DNA from: an uncultured Bacteroidota bacterium
Lineage (GTDB): Bacteria; Bacteroidota; Bacteroidia; Chitinophagales; Chitinophagaceae
DNA: 64,000 bases
Assembly (NCBI GenBank): GCA_963732055.1
Contig: CAVSYG010000001.1
Location: forward strand, 73,756-137,755
Direction: 5' to 3'
This document shows positions 42,410-52,111 of this stretch, one piece after another. Below the pieces are notes generated by a model. It had not been told where the DNA came from and did not search any database. It saw nothing but the letters and a program-made list of their open reading frames with translations. Positions within the stretch are counted from its first letter, which is position 1. Every line of letters starts with the position of its first letter. The position numbers and the translations under genes are program-made.

Positions 42410-43440
42410 ACCAGTTCCATTATTTTTATATCCTTATAATCATATTGACCGCGAAGTAACGCTTCACCCGCTTTAAGACCTCCGGATTGTAATCGAATGA
42501 TCGGATCGTAACCTATGGCAGAAGGCAGAATGCCCATATGGCCACTATGAACATGCCGGGGAAAAAATCTTAAACCTTTACTGTGTAAATAGTCTTCATT
42601 TAGATCGCCCGCAAAGCGCAGGATAAAAGGGTCTGATAACTGTGACTGGATCTGATGAACGCTCACAGGCGTTTTTTCACCGATCCAATCCTTGTCAAAA
42701 GGATATGCTGTAAATATTACGGCTTCAGCATTCTTGTAATTTTCCGGAATATTGATTTCCGGAAACCCACCAATCCAGTCAATTTGGTTTTCATTATACC
42801 TGGCCCGGTGTTCATTCGTATCGATGACAGCCAGTCCATCGCAAATATTGGCCAGTACCTTTGCGATAAAAGGGCCGAAATCGTTATTGCAGAGCAATAT
42901 GAATTTGTTTTTATACGGGCAAATTCCGGAATCAAATATTTGCTTTAGTGCCATATCGCCCAAATAGTTAAATACATCTACATTGGGATGTCTTTCGTTT
43001 GTGGCACCAATCTTTATCCCCCTTTTCCGAATATAATTAATATCCATGTCGGCATCCCTCCATTCCCAGGCTTCATACATCAATGGAATGACGACTTCTT
43101 CTTTGGTATGCTGCAGTATGGATTCAGTCAACGGCCTCAGGTGACCGGAATTTGTAATAATATCCGCCTGTGCTATTATTTCCGGATTCAGGTGATCTAT
43201 CAAATGAATATCCAATTTGAATTGACGGAATGAATCTGCCAATGCCCTGGTATTTGAAAAAATCTCTTCCATTTTACCATACCTGGTGGTTTTTGAAAAG
43301 GCAAAAACCTTCGCTCCTGCAATAGCAGCCAAAATGGGTGTTACGATATAAGCACCGCTGGCGGCTTCAGTCAGAACGGTTTTACCTTTTAAATCCAGCT
43401 CAAGTGCACGAACCTGCCGCGCTAATTTGTCGATGAGCAT
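42406..43440 (-). CDS. Hypothetical protein (alpha/beta, possibly Rossmann-like)
   Basis: Intact 344-aa ORF with 4-bp stop/start overlap to the formyltransferase. No family recognised. Confidence 0.6.
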   Translation of the reverse strand: MLIDKLARQVRALELDLKGKTVLTEAASGAYIVTPILAAIAGAKVFAFSKTTRYGKMEEIFSNTRALADSFRQFKLDIHLIDHLNPEIIAQADIITNSGHLRPLTESILQHTKEEVVIPLMYEAWEWRDADMDINYIRKRGIKIGATNERHPNVDVFNYLGDMALKQIFDSGICPYKNKFILLCNNDFGPFIAKVLANICDGLAVIDTNEHRARYNENQIDWIGGFPEINIPENYKNAEAVIFTAYPFDKDWIGEKTPVSVHQIQSQLSDPFILRFAGDLNEDYLHSKGLRFFPRHVHSGHMGILPSAIGYDPIIRLQSGGLKAGEALLRGQYDYKDIKIMELV

Positions 43441-43442
43441 TA

Positions 43443-44543
43443 TTAATAACTATTCAGGGTCTCGATAACATAATCTACATCTTCGTCAGAAAGTTCCGCA
43501 TACATGGGAAGAGAAAGGCAATGATCGGCCAAATATTCCGAATTCGGAAAATCCCCCTTTTTATATCCCAGGCTGGCATAGGCCTTTTGCAAGTGGCAGG
43601 GTACCGGATAATGAAGTCCGGGAAAAATATTTTTTTCATTCAGAAATTTTAGGAATTCATCTCTTTTTTCTGTCGTTACGACGAACAGATGAAAAACGGA
43701 ATCATGGCCCGGCGGCTGAACCTGCATTTTAATTTTAGGGTTTTTTATTCCTTTGTGATATTTGCCCGCAATTTCTTTTCTTTTTTTATTCCAGTCAGGC
43801 AGATGTTTTAACTTAATCGTGAGCGACGCACCTTCGAGACCCCCCATGCGCATATTATAACCGATTTCATCATGATAGTATCTCACGACAGAACCATGAT
43901 TTCGGAGACTCTGCAGATGTTTATAATAGTCCGTATTATTTGTTGTCAGGCCGCCGGCTTCACCGCATGCTCCCAGATTTTTACCAGGATAAAAACTAAA
44001 ACAGGCCATTACACCAAAGCCGCCTACCGGTTTATCCAGATAATGGGCGCCTTGTGCCTGCGCGGCATCTTCAATCAGAAATAAGTTATGCTTGTCGCAT
44101 ATCTTTTGCGCGGCCTGAATATCAAATGGCTGACCATAGAGATGCACACCAATAACAGCCTTTGTTTTTGACGTGATTTTTGATTCTAACCGGGAACTAT
44201 CCATTTCCCATGTATCCGGATCACAATCTACAAATACCGGTGTGGCTCCGGTATGGGATACACCCCAGGCTGTTGCTATAAATGTATTGGCCGGTATGAT
44301 TACTTCGTCACCAGCGCCTATCCCCAAAGCTAACATGGCCAGATGCAGGGCCGTTGTGCCGTTGTTTACGCCTACAGCGTATTTAGTGCCACAAAATCTA
44401 GCAAAATTCTTTTCAAATTCCTCTACAAAGGGGCCACCTGAAAATGCAGTTTGTTCATAAACTTTTTCAAATGCCTCAAATACTTCTTTTTTAATTTGCT
44501 GGTGTTGACCTTTTAGGTCAAGACAGGGGATCTTCTTATTCAT
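43443..44543 (-). CDS. DegT family aminotransferase (WlbC/WbpE/FdtB-like)
   Basis: IPCLDL, NNGTTALH, IEDAAQAQG, FSFYPGKNLG and HYPVPCH. Confidence 0.93.
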   Translation of the reverse strand: MNKKIPCLDLKGQHQQIKKEVFEAFEKVYEQTAFSGGPFVEEFEKNFARFCGTKYAVGVNNGTTALHLAMLALGIGAGDEVIIPANTFIATAWGVSHTGATPVFVDCDPDTWEMDSSRLESKITSKTKAVIGVHLYGQPFDIQAAQKICDKHNLFLIEDAAQAQGAHYLDKPVGGFGVMACFSFYPGKNLGACGEAGGLTTNNTDYYKHLQSLRNHGSVVRYYHDEIGYNMRMGGLEGASLTIKLKHLPDWNKKRKEIAGKYHKGIKNPKIKMQVQPPGHDSVFHLFVVTTEKRDEFLKFLNEKNIFPGLHYPVPCHLQKAYASLGYKKGDFPNSEYLADHCLSLPMYAELSDEDVDYVIETLNSY

Positions 44544-44559
44544 GATTTTATTGATACGG

Positions 44560-45048
44560 TTATAGGGTCTTTATGATTTTTGCCGGCACACCCGCAACTA
44601 CGGTATTCGGCAAAACATCTTTCGTAACAACTGATCCGGCTCCAATCAGTGCATTTTCACCAATTGTGATTCCACATAAAATGGTGGCATTGGATCCGAT
44701 CGAAGCCCCTTTTTTCACAATAGTTTTTATCAGTTTCCAGTCTGCTTCGGTTTGAGGGCTTCCATCGGCATTCGTCGCTTTGGGAAACAGATCGTTCGTA
44801 AACATCACACCATGGCCGACAAAAACATTGTCCTCAATATGTACACCTTCACAAATAAAACTGTGGCTGGAAATTTTACAATTCTTCCCGATGAAAGCGC
44901 CCTTTTGAATTTCCACAAAGGCTCCAATTTTTGAATTATCATCGATACTGCAGCCATATGCATTTACAAAGTTGAAAATCTTCGTGTCCTTACCAAGGCT
45001 GACATTATTCAGGCTTTGTTTATCATTATTGATTGTAACTAATTCCAT
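44560..45048 (-). CDS. Left-handed beta-helix N-acetyltransferase (WlbB/WbpD/WxcM-N-like)
   Basis: Hexapeptide repeats, VMFTND, GASIGSNATI and VAGVPAK. Confidence 0.88.
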   Translation of the reverse strand: MELVTINNDKQSLNNVSLGKDTKIFNFVNAYGCSIDDNSKIGAFVEIQKGAFIGKNCKISSHSFICEGVHIEDNVFVGHGVMFTNDLFPKATNADGSPQTEADWKLIKTIVKKGASIGSNATILCGITIGENALIGAGSVVTKDVLPNTVVAGVPAKIIKTL

Positions 45049-45051
45049 AGA

Positions 45052-46065
45052 TTATTTTATTCTGATTTCTTTTCCGTTGTTTTTTATGGATTCCTGGGAA
45101 GCTTCCAGAATTCTCACCACACTTTTACCCAATGTAGCATTTGACATGGGATCTTTCTTGTGAATCACCGATTGTATAAAATCGTCAGCCACCCCGGCAA
45201 GCGCTTCCCGACTGGATAATTTTGGGATATAGACATCACCGGTTCTGTAATCAACCATGATCCGGGTTCTGTCTTCTTCTGTTTTGTGATTATATCCGGT
45301 ATCGTATACCCTTACTTTTTCCGATGGTTCAAGGTCATTATATAAAATCATCTTCTTGTCACCGCCAATCAGCGTTTGACGAACTTTAACCGGGGATGAC
45401 CAGGAGCAAACAAAATGAGCAATAAAATTTGAATTATAATTTACCGTCAGGTAAGCAATATTTTCAATTTTATTTCCGGTATGCGAAATGCCGGTTGCAT
45501 TAATACTCTCTGGTATTTCAGTAATCAAATATGTAAGAATGGAAATATCATGAGGGGCAAGATCCCATAAAACATTTATATCGGGTTGAAAAAGCCCGAG
45601 GTTGATACGTGAAGAATCAAAATAAAGCGGTGTTCCGATGACCTCCGTTTGAATTATTTCTTTCATTTTCTGAACCGCACCCGTATACAAAAAAGTGTGA
45701 TCCGCCATCAAAGTGAGTCCTTTTTTTGTTGCCAACTCGATTAATTCATCTGCTTCACGAACGGAAGAAGTCATAGGCTTCTCTATAAGAACATGTTTAC
45801 CCTGTAAAAGAGATCGTTTGGCGAGTTCAAAATGGGTATGAACAGGAGTGGCAATTACAATGGCATCTACTTCTTTACTTCCAATAATATCTTCGGCATC
45901 TTTGACACCTTGTATGGAGGGAAAGGTCTTTGCCAGTAAGTTTAATCTTTCAGGCCGTCCATCCGCCACCATTCGGACTGTACAATCCGGTGTGGCAAAA
46001 AAATTCCTTACAATATTGGGGCCCCAATATCCATATCCAATAACTCCAACCTTAATATTCGCCAT
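45052..46065 (-). CDS. Gfo/Idh/MocA oxidoreductase (WlbA/WbpB-like sugar 3-dehydrogenase)
   Basis: VGVIGYGYWG, ATPVHTH, VLIEKPM and LWDLAPHD. First gene of an oxidoreductase-acetyltransferase-aminotransferase trio. Confidence 0.88.
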   Translation of the reverse strand: MANIKVGVIGYGYWGPNIVRNFFATPDCTVRMVADGRPERLNLLAKTFPSIQGVKDAEDIIGSKEVDAIVIATPVHTHFELAKRSLLQGKHVLIEKPMTSSVREADELIELATKKGLTLMADHTFLYTGAVQKMKEIIQTEVIGTPLYFDSSRINLGLFQPDINVLWDLAPHDISILTYLITEIPESINATGISHTGNKIENIAYLTVNYNSNFIAHFVCSWSSPVKVRQTLIGGDKKMILYNDLEPSEKVRVYDTGYNHKTEEDRTRIMVDYRTGDVYIPKLSSREALAGVADDFIQSVIHKKDPMSNATLGKSVVRILEASQESIKNNGKEIRIK

Positions 46066-46084
46066 TATTTTTTAATGTTTTTAT

Positions 46085-47923
46085 TTAAAGGACCGTGTTT
46101 TCGGGAATTAAAATTTTAAAATAATCATTTGACCAGACCTCGTGATATTTATGATCATTGATAAAATCCTCTAATATTTCATTGCGGTCAATATTTATTG
46201 GCAATTTCAAATAATCCTGCGTAACCTTTTTTAACGGCCAGTTTTTGCCATTTCCCAGTGTCAACGCTGTTTGCATAATTATTACAGGTAATTGCTTGTT
46301 ACTGCCTGCTGCTATTTCCAATTCTTTTTTAAAGGTATTGCTTTGATATAACCATGGCCAGGGGTTTCGCGTATAAGGTATTGTCTCCGTCATGAAATGA
46401 AAAATGGGGACGCAATCATAGGCCAAAACGTGGTCGTTGGGCTTTACATATTTTGATGATGCCGCGAGCAATTGATTGATTTCTTCAGCTCTCTCTTTCG
46501 TTGTAAAAATTCCTCTCATGTACTTATTATCTACAGCGTATCGCATGGCTGCCCTGTTTTCCATATCAGAATGAGGATAGTCGTAAGTATAGAATAAGCT
46601 GGCGAAAATGGTGAGTGCAACGATAATCTTTCTTGCTTCAGCCAACTGGTTATCCTGCATAAAACGGGATATTCTGAAGGGCTTTATATTATCATTAAAT
46701 GTAAAGACAGTTCCGGATGTCACGGCAATAATTCTGTCGGCGACAATGGGGAAAGCAATCCAGAGCGAATAGATCTCAACAGTTTCTATACCTTCCGAAC
46801 TCCCCATCGGATGTACCAATAAAATAAAAATTCCAATGAACAGCAGTAGATTTATTTCCCTGTCCGAATCGAAAATAATCATCGCAGATCCTATGATTAG
46901 GCATATTCCTGTAATTAAGTATAATACGGTCAGATTTGTAATGATACCTTTAGCAACCAAAATGACCAGTCCGGCAATCACAATTATCTTGACTAAACTA
47001 AACAGGATATTGCTTTTAGGAATCAATCTTTTAAACTTGTTCTCAAGAAAATAAAAAGAAAGAACTGATAAAATCAGGAAGGCGGCCATGATAACAGCAA
47101 CTACCCAATGGTGAATAATGGTCCTGATCATTTTGGAAATGCTGTAAAAATCCTGATTTGGTTTGACCTGAACCGGACGTTTGCCAATTCCTGCCAAAAT
47201 TTTCAGGGCGTCTAAATATATATGCAGATGACCCAGCAACTGCATGACCAGTAAAACAAAGAGCGTGGTCAATATGAATCCAGCAAGGAAAACCAGTATG
47301 TTGTTGACAATTGTTTTTACAGTTTCCTTTTCAAGATAACCGTAATAGATGATGGCAAGTGCCAGTCCGACGCCCAGAAGATTGGGAAATCGGTTAAACA
47401 TGTTTAAGGAAATGATAACCCCGCTTCCAAATAAGGAGAAAGACTGTTTGTTTTTTAATCCATTAAAAAGTAATATCGCCGTGATCACATACAACAATGA
47501 TGAGAAATTATTGTAGTAGAATTCTTTTGGATCGTTGTTTAAGTTGAGGGTTAAGAGAAAAAGACTTATTTGGAGATATCCGGGCGAAACGTAATTCTTT
47601 AAAAACCTGTAGGTAATTATGATAATGATAGTAAAAACGACGACCCATAACATCCTCAATCCTAACAAGCCCGCAAATGGAAGTATTTTTACAAAAAGTC
47701 CACCTATAATACCGGAAAGCCAGAACATAAAGCAATAGGTAACGGATTGCGGGTTATTAAAGATCTGCTGATAAAAAGTGCCATAAAATCCGGTATCAGC
47801 CAGGTCAATCCCCTGAAATATCACGATCGTCTGGTAAGTGAAGAGAAGCAGAAAGAAAAAATTGCTGTTAATCCCGAATTTGGCAAATCGGGACTGATTT
47901 TTAACAGCTATGGGTTGTAGCAT
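46085..47923 (-). CDS. Polytopic membrane protein, GT-C-fold-like (ArnT/PMT-type architecture)
   Basis: About 13 hydrophobic segments, an acidic DLADTG motif after TM1, GLLGLR, and a soluble ~150-aa C-terminal domain. The family assignment is inference. Confidence 0.55.
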   Translation of the reverse strand: MLQPIAVKNQSRFAKFGINSNFFFLLLFTYQTIVIFQGIDLADTGFYGTFYQQIFNNPQSVTYCFMFWLSGIIGGLFVKILPFAGLLGLRMLWVVVFTIIIIITYRFLKNYVSPGYLQISLFLLTLNLNNDPKEFYYNNFSSLLYVITAILLFNGLKNKQSFSLFGSGVIISLNMFNRFPNLLGVGLALAIIYYGYLEKETVKTIVNNILVFLAGFILTTLFVLLVMQLLGHLHIYLDALKILAGIGKRPVQVKPNQDFYSISKMIRTIIHHWVVAVIMAAFLILSVLSFYFLENKFKRLIPKSNILFSLVKIIVIAGLVILVAKGIITNLTVLYLITGICLIIGSAMIIFDSDREINLLLFIGIFILLVHPMGSSEGIETVEIYSLWIAFPIVADRIIAVTSGTVFTFNDNIKPFRISRFMQDNQLAEARKIIVALTIFASLFYTYDYPHSDMENRAAMRYAVDNKYMRGIFTTKERAEEINQLLAASSKYVKPNDHVLAYDCVPIFHFMTETIPYTRNPWPWLYQSNTFKKELEIAAGSNKQLPVIIMQTALTLGNGKNWPLKKVTQDYLKLPINIDRNEILEDFINDHKYHEVWSNDYFKILIPENTVL

Positions 47924-48045
47924 GATTGGGGTTAAGGTTTAATGGACAGATATTGAAAACGTCCGCCTTCTGCAAATATTTTTCACTATGCTGCCTAAAA
48001 TTGCGATTATAGGTTCTGCCAGAAGCTTTTGCGCATGTTTTAAGG

Positions 48046-49152
48046 CTAACCTGCAGTTTTGTTGAAAAGTTCAATATATTGATCAGTTATGGTCTCCCAT
48101 GAGTATTCCTTCAAAATCCTTGTTTTCGCTTTTTCGGCCAATTTCAAGTGCCCACAACGATCGCTGAGTGAAATTTTAAGAGCCGAAAGGAGAGAGGCGA
48201 TGTCAGATTTCTTAAAAAGCAGTGCGTCCTGGTGAGCGATGTATTTATTTTCTTTAATATCGCTGCAAATGAGAGGTGTCCCAAGACCCATAACCGATAG
48301 CATAACGGGTGAAAGTCCTTCTATATCGGATGGTTGGACATAAGCATAAGCCTGTTTCATTAATGTTACTGTATCATCTCCATAAATAAATCCGGCAAAT
48401 ATGATTCTTGAGTCATTGGTTTTTTTAAGAGTGATTTCAAATTCGCTCGGATTGGGTGACCCTCCCACCAATACCAGTTTTTTTTCAGTTGTCAATTTTT
48501 CAAAAGCAGGAATAAGATACTGCAATCCTTTATCAGGAATAAACCGGCCCACAAATAAAAAATATTCGTTTTTTTTCAGACCAAGCCTCTGAAGAATATC
48601 AGTTTCATTTGTGTCTTTTATTTCACTGCCAAATGATATAAATTCAAATTTTCTTTTGAATTTTTTTTCAAAGAGTTCCTTTGTAAATACATTATCAATA
48701 GCAATAAATCTGGAAGTCCAAACCGCTACATAAGCATTGGCAAGCACCAGTTTACCCATTATATAATTCCACTTGGGTCTTTCCCATTCAGGGCCGCCGT
48801 CGATGCTCAGGATTATTTTTTTTCCGAATATTTTCAGAATTAAAGCAAACAGGGCATTGTTTCCCTGTATATGAACAATGTCTGCTGTATTTTTTGTGAT
48901 GATATGCCAGCAAACTTTGAATGAATGTATTATGCTGTCAATACCTGATTTGTTAATGGTTTTGAGATAAACAATATTTACACCTTCGAAAGATGCCTGT
49001 CCCTTTTTCTGACCTGGATATAACCGGTTATATCCGGTTACTTTATATCCACGCGCGGCCAGTCTGGGGAGGAATTCAAGTGCGAATTTATCTGCTCCGG
49101 CAGATCCCTCAGCAGGTGGTAAAGATCTAAACCCAAAGGACGCAATGCGCAT
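48046..49152 (-). CDS. GT4 glycosyltransferase
   Basis: FLFVGRFIPDKG and YVQPSDIEGLS..LSVMGLG.PLICSDI (EX7E-like). Confidence 0.9.
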   Translation of the reverse strand: MRIASFGFRSLPPAEGSAGADKFALEFLPRLAARGYKVTGYNRLYPGQKKGQASFEGVNIVYLKTINKSGIDSIIHSFKVCWHIITKNTADIVHIQGNNALFALILKIFGKKIILSIDGGPEWERPKWNYIMGKLVLANAYVAVWTSRFIAIDNVFTKELFEKKFKRKFEFISFGSEIKDTNETDILQRLGLKKNEYFLFVGRFIPDKGLQYLIPAFEKLTTEKKLVLVGGSPNPSEFEITLKKTNDSRIIFAGFIYGDDTVTLMKQAYAYVQPSDIEGLSPVMLSVMGLGTPLICSDIKENKYIAHQDALLFKKSDIASLLSALKISLSDRCGHLKLAEKAKTRILKEYSWETITDQYIELFNKTAG

Positions 49153-49172
49153 ATTAGAAATAAAAATGTAGG

Positions 49173-50096
49173 TTAGAATTTATCTTTCAGATAATCCTTG
49201 AAATACAGATCAATGTAATCTTTTAAAGCTTCCTGCCAATCGCGCATAATATTGATGCCCCGGAGATCAAGTTTTTTGTTTACAAGTCTTTCGCATGGCG
49301 GTCTGGGTGCAAAATAAGTATCCTTGAAATAGTCGGAATTTACTTCCGTCATTTTTACCTGATCTGTGAGCCCCAAAACACTTACCAGTTCCTTAGCTAC
49401 CTCCATTCTGCTTGTCTGTCCCTTGCAAACCAGATTATACAGCCCCCAGTATTGTTTTTCGATCAGCAATTTCACATTCCGTGCAAAATCTATTGTAAAT
49501 GTGGGTGTGCCGTCCTTATCATTCACGATAAATAACTCGCGTTTGCCGCTTACCAATTGTTTGATCAGTTTGCCAATATATTTTTTATCCTTACTGGGTC
49601 CTCCGCCCATCATCCATCCGGCGCGACATATGATATACCTGTTGGCGTGTTCAACGACATAACGTTCACCCATATATTTCGATCTTGCATAATGACCCAG
49701 GGGGTTTGGCATGTCCCAGTCATCATAAAGATTTTTTGCTCCGTCAAAAATTCCTGCGGTGCTGATATATAACAAGGGTATATTTAGTTCATTCGCGATA
49801 TATACGGCATTCTCTGCGGCAATAGTATTTGTAAGATAAGTGTCATCTACATTTTTTTCACAAAATTCCAGATCAGTATAAGCGCCTAAGTGAAACAGAT
49901 AATCCGGTTTAAAATCAAAAACATCTTTTTTATAAGATTCAAAATCTCTGAAATCCAGAAAGCTTAGCCAGGGCACATTTACATCTTTGTCGGTGCATTT
50001 TAACTGAAAATCATCATTGAATACACGGTAAAATGCTTCACCCAGCATGCCACCGCTTCCGGCCATGTAGATTCTTGATTTGTTTGTTTGTTTCAT
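49173..50096 (-). CDS. dTDP-4-dehydrorhamnose reductase (RmlD)-like SDR
   Basis: AGSGGMLG, HLGAYT, YISTAGIFDG, YARSK, CRAGW and DGTPT. Confidence 0.8.
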   Translation of the reverse strand: MKQTNKSRIYMAGSGGMLGEAFYRVFNDDFQLKCTDKDVNVPWLSFLDFRDFESYKKDVFDFKPDYLFHLGAYTDLEFCEKNVDDTYLTNTIAAENAVYIANELNIPLLYISTAGIFDGAKNLYDDWDMPNPLGHYARSKYMGERYVVEHANRYIICRAGWMMGGGPSKDKKYIGKLIKQLVSGKRELFIVNDKDGTPTFTIDFARNVKLLIEKQYWGLYNLVCKGQTSRMEVAKELVSVLGLTDQVKMTEVNSDYFKDTYFAPRPPCERLVNKKLDLRGINIMRDWQEALKDYIDLYFKDYLKDKF

Positions 50097-50136
50097 TCAG
50101 GTGATTATTTCTATGGTTAATGGTTGATAAGTTCGT

Positions 50137-50835
50137 TTAATTGGTTATTCTGCTTTTTATAACCTTTCCAGGTACACCAGCTACGATAGAATAAGGGGGG
50201 ATATCCCGGTTCACGAGAGCTCCGGCTGCTATAATAGAACCTTTTCCGATTCGCACGCCAGATAAAATGACCGAGCGGGTGCCCAGCCATACATCATCTT
50301 CAATGATGACTTCACCCCGGACCGTCGGCTGGCTGATCATTGGTATTTCCAGATCAGTAAATCCATGGTTTTCGGAAAATATTGATACGTTAGGACCGAA
50401 CATCACATGAGAGCCGATCGTCACTTTACCTCTTACCTGAATAAAACAGTTTTGTGAAATACCCACATCGTCGCCAATGACCAATCCGACGCCCATATTT
50501 TTTATGTTTCCGGTACATTCTATGACGGTATTTCTCAATATGGTAACATTATTTCCCAGCCTTACTCCTTCTGCACAAAGTGCATTGATTTCGACATTGT
50601 CGCCGATGGTTATGGTTTTGCCGGCTGTGATTTTATGACAATACCAGATTTTACAATGCCGGCCGATAAATATTAATCCGCTGGAACGTTTGAAAAAAAT
50701 TTTATAATAAAATCCACGTAGCAGAGAGAAGAACTTATCCGACAAAATGATGAATTTGTCGCGATTCGATAATCTCTCATCAACTTTATATCCTTTCTTG
50801 CCCAGTTTTCCGATGATATAATTTAGGAATTGCAT
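50137..50835 (-). CDS. Hexapeptide-repeat O-acyltransferase
   Basis: LbH repeats, MFGPNVSI, ENHGF, IEDDVWLG and VAGVPGK. Confidence 0.88.
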   Translation of the reverse strand: MQFLNYIIGKLGKKGYKVDERLSNRDKFIILSDKFFSLLRGFYYKIFFKRSSGLIFIGRHCKIWYCHKITAGKTITIGDNVEINALCAEGVRLGNNVTILRNTVIECTGNIKNMGVGLVIGDDVGISQNCFIQVRGKVTIGSHVMFGPNVSIFSENHGFTDLEIPMISQPTVRGEVIIEDDVWLGTRSVILSGVRIGKGSIIAAGALVNRDIPPYSIVAGVPGKVIKSRITN

Positions 50836-50844
50836 CTGGATGTT

Positions 50845-52107
50845 TTAAAGAGCTAACTGCAAGGATTCGAATATGGGAGACAAATTCCGGGCGAACGCAT
50901 CGTAATTTACCAGGTTCAATGCGTGTTCCCTGGCATTCTTACCCATTTGGGTCAGTTTATCTTTATCATCCATCATCAACTGAATCTTCAATCGAAGATC
51001 AGCCGTATTCGCTGGTTGAAACAATTGGCCAGTTACATCATTAATAACTAATTCAGGAATACCTCCGATGTCAGCACCCAATACTGGTTTGGCCAGTAAC
51101 AGGGCTTCAACAAGAGAATACGGTAAATTCTCATACCATTCACTGGGAACCACCACAAATAAAGCATGCCGTACAAAACGGAAAACTTCTTCTTTTGGCA
51201 TTTTACCCAGCAATTTCACATTCTGAATTTGATCACGCTCAACCAATTCCTTTAGTTCGTCAAAATGTTCTCCGCTGCCAATTACTTTCAAATCCAATGC
51301 AAGACCGGTCATTGCCCTTACCAGAGTAAAAATTCCTTTAACCTTGAGAATGTTCCCTACATATACAATGTACGGCTTATTGACAATTTCCGGTGGATCA
51401 TCATATTGGCCGGAAACGGAATGAATATCGAACAAATTATAAACCTGCCGCAGTTTGTGGCTGTCAAAACCAAAGGCTTCAAATTTTTTTTTGATGAAAA
51501 TAGAAGGGCAAATAAAATAATCTACATATTTATAAGGATTGGAAAACTTATTTGCATAAGATTCCAATGCGGCCACGAAACTTGCCTGAACAGATTCCTT
51601 CTTGCATTTATTTACGATACATTGATAGAATTTGCCGCCTTTGCATTTCTCGCAAATATTTTCATGACTGATAAACGTGGTGTTCGGGCACAGAATGACG
51701 TAGTCATGCAAAGTCCATATAATAGGAATATTTTTCTTTTTTATTTCAGGTATTATACTCGCCGGAGTAAGATAGTGGTGGATATTATTTAAATGAACAA
51801 TGTCTATTTGATATTTATCCAGTAGTAATTTCAGGTTTGACTTAGCCTGGGTCGAGTAGAGGCTGTTTTTAACAGCTTTCAAGCCACTTAAAAGCGTTTT
51901 ATTTTTATTAAGCGCCCGGTAGTCAATATTTGAAATAAAATATTCGGAAAACGGGTTGGGAAAATTTTTCTCATTCGTCATCGAAAAGGGAATGACCGTA
52001 TGGCCAAGCGATTCGTAAAACTTACAGAGGTTTTCAATATAGGTCCAATCTCCACCTGAAGGGAACCAGGTCCAGTTAACGATCAATATGTTCAGTTTCC
52101 CGGCCAT
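50845..52107 (-). CDS. GT4 glycosyltransferase
   Basis: IVHLNNIH, WTLHDY, and VVPSEWYENLPYSLVEA..GGIPE. Confidence 0.92.
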   Translation of the reverse strand: MAGKLNILIVNWTWFPSGGDWTYIENLCKFYESLGHTVIPFSMTNEKNFPNPFSEYFISNIDYRALNKNKTLLSGLKAVKNSLYSTQAKSNLKLLLDKYQIDIVHLNNIHHYLTPASIIPEIKKKNIPIIWTLHDYVILCPNTTFISHENICEKCKGGKFYQCIVNKCKKESVQASFVAALESYANKFSNPYKYVDYFICPSIFIKKKFEAFGFDSHKLRQVYNLFDIHSVSGQYDDPPEIVNKPYIVYVGNILKVKGIFTLVRAMTGLALDLKVIGSGEHFDELKELVERDQIQNVKLLGKMPKEEVFRFVRHALFVVVPSEWYENLPYSLVEALLLAKPVLGADIGGIPELVINDVTGQLFQPANTADLRLKIQLMMDDKDKLTQMGKNAREHALNLVNYDAFARNLSPIFESLQLAL

Positions 52108-52111
52108 TATT

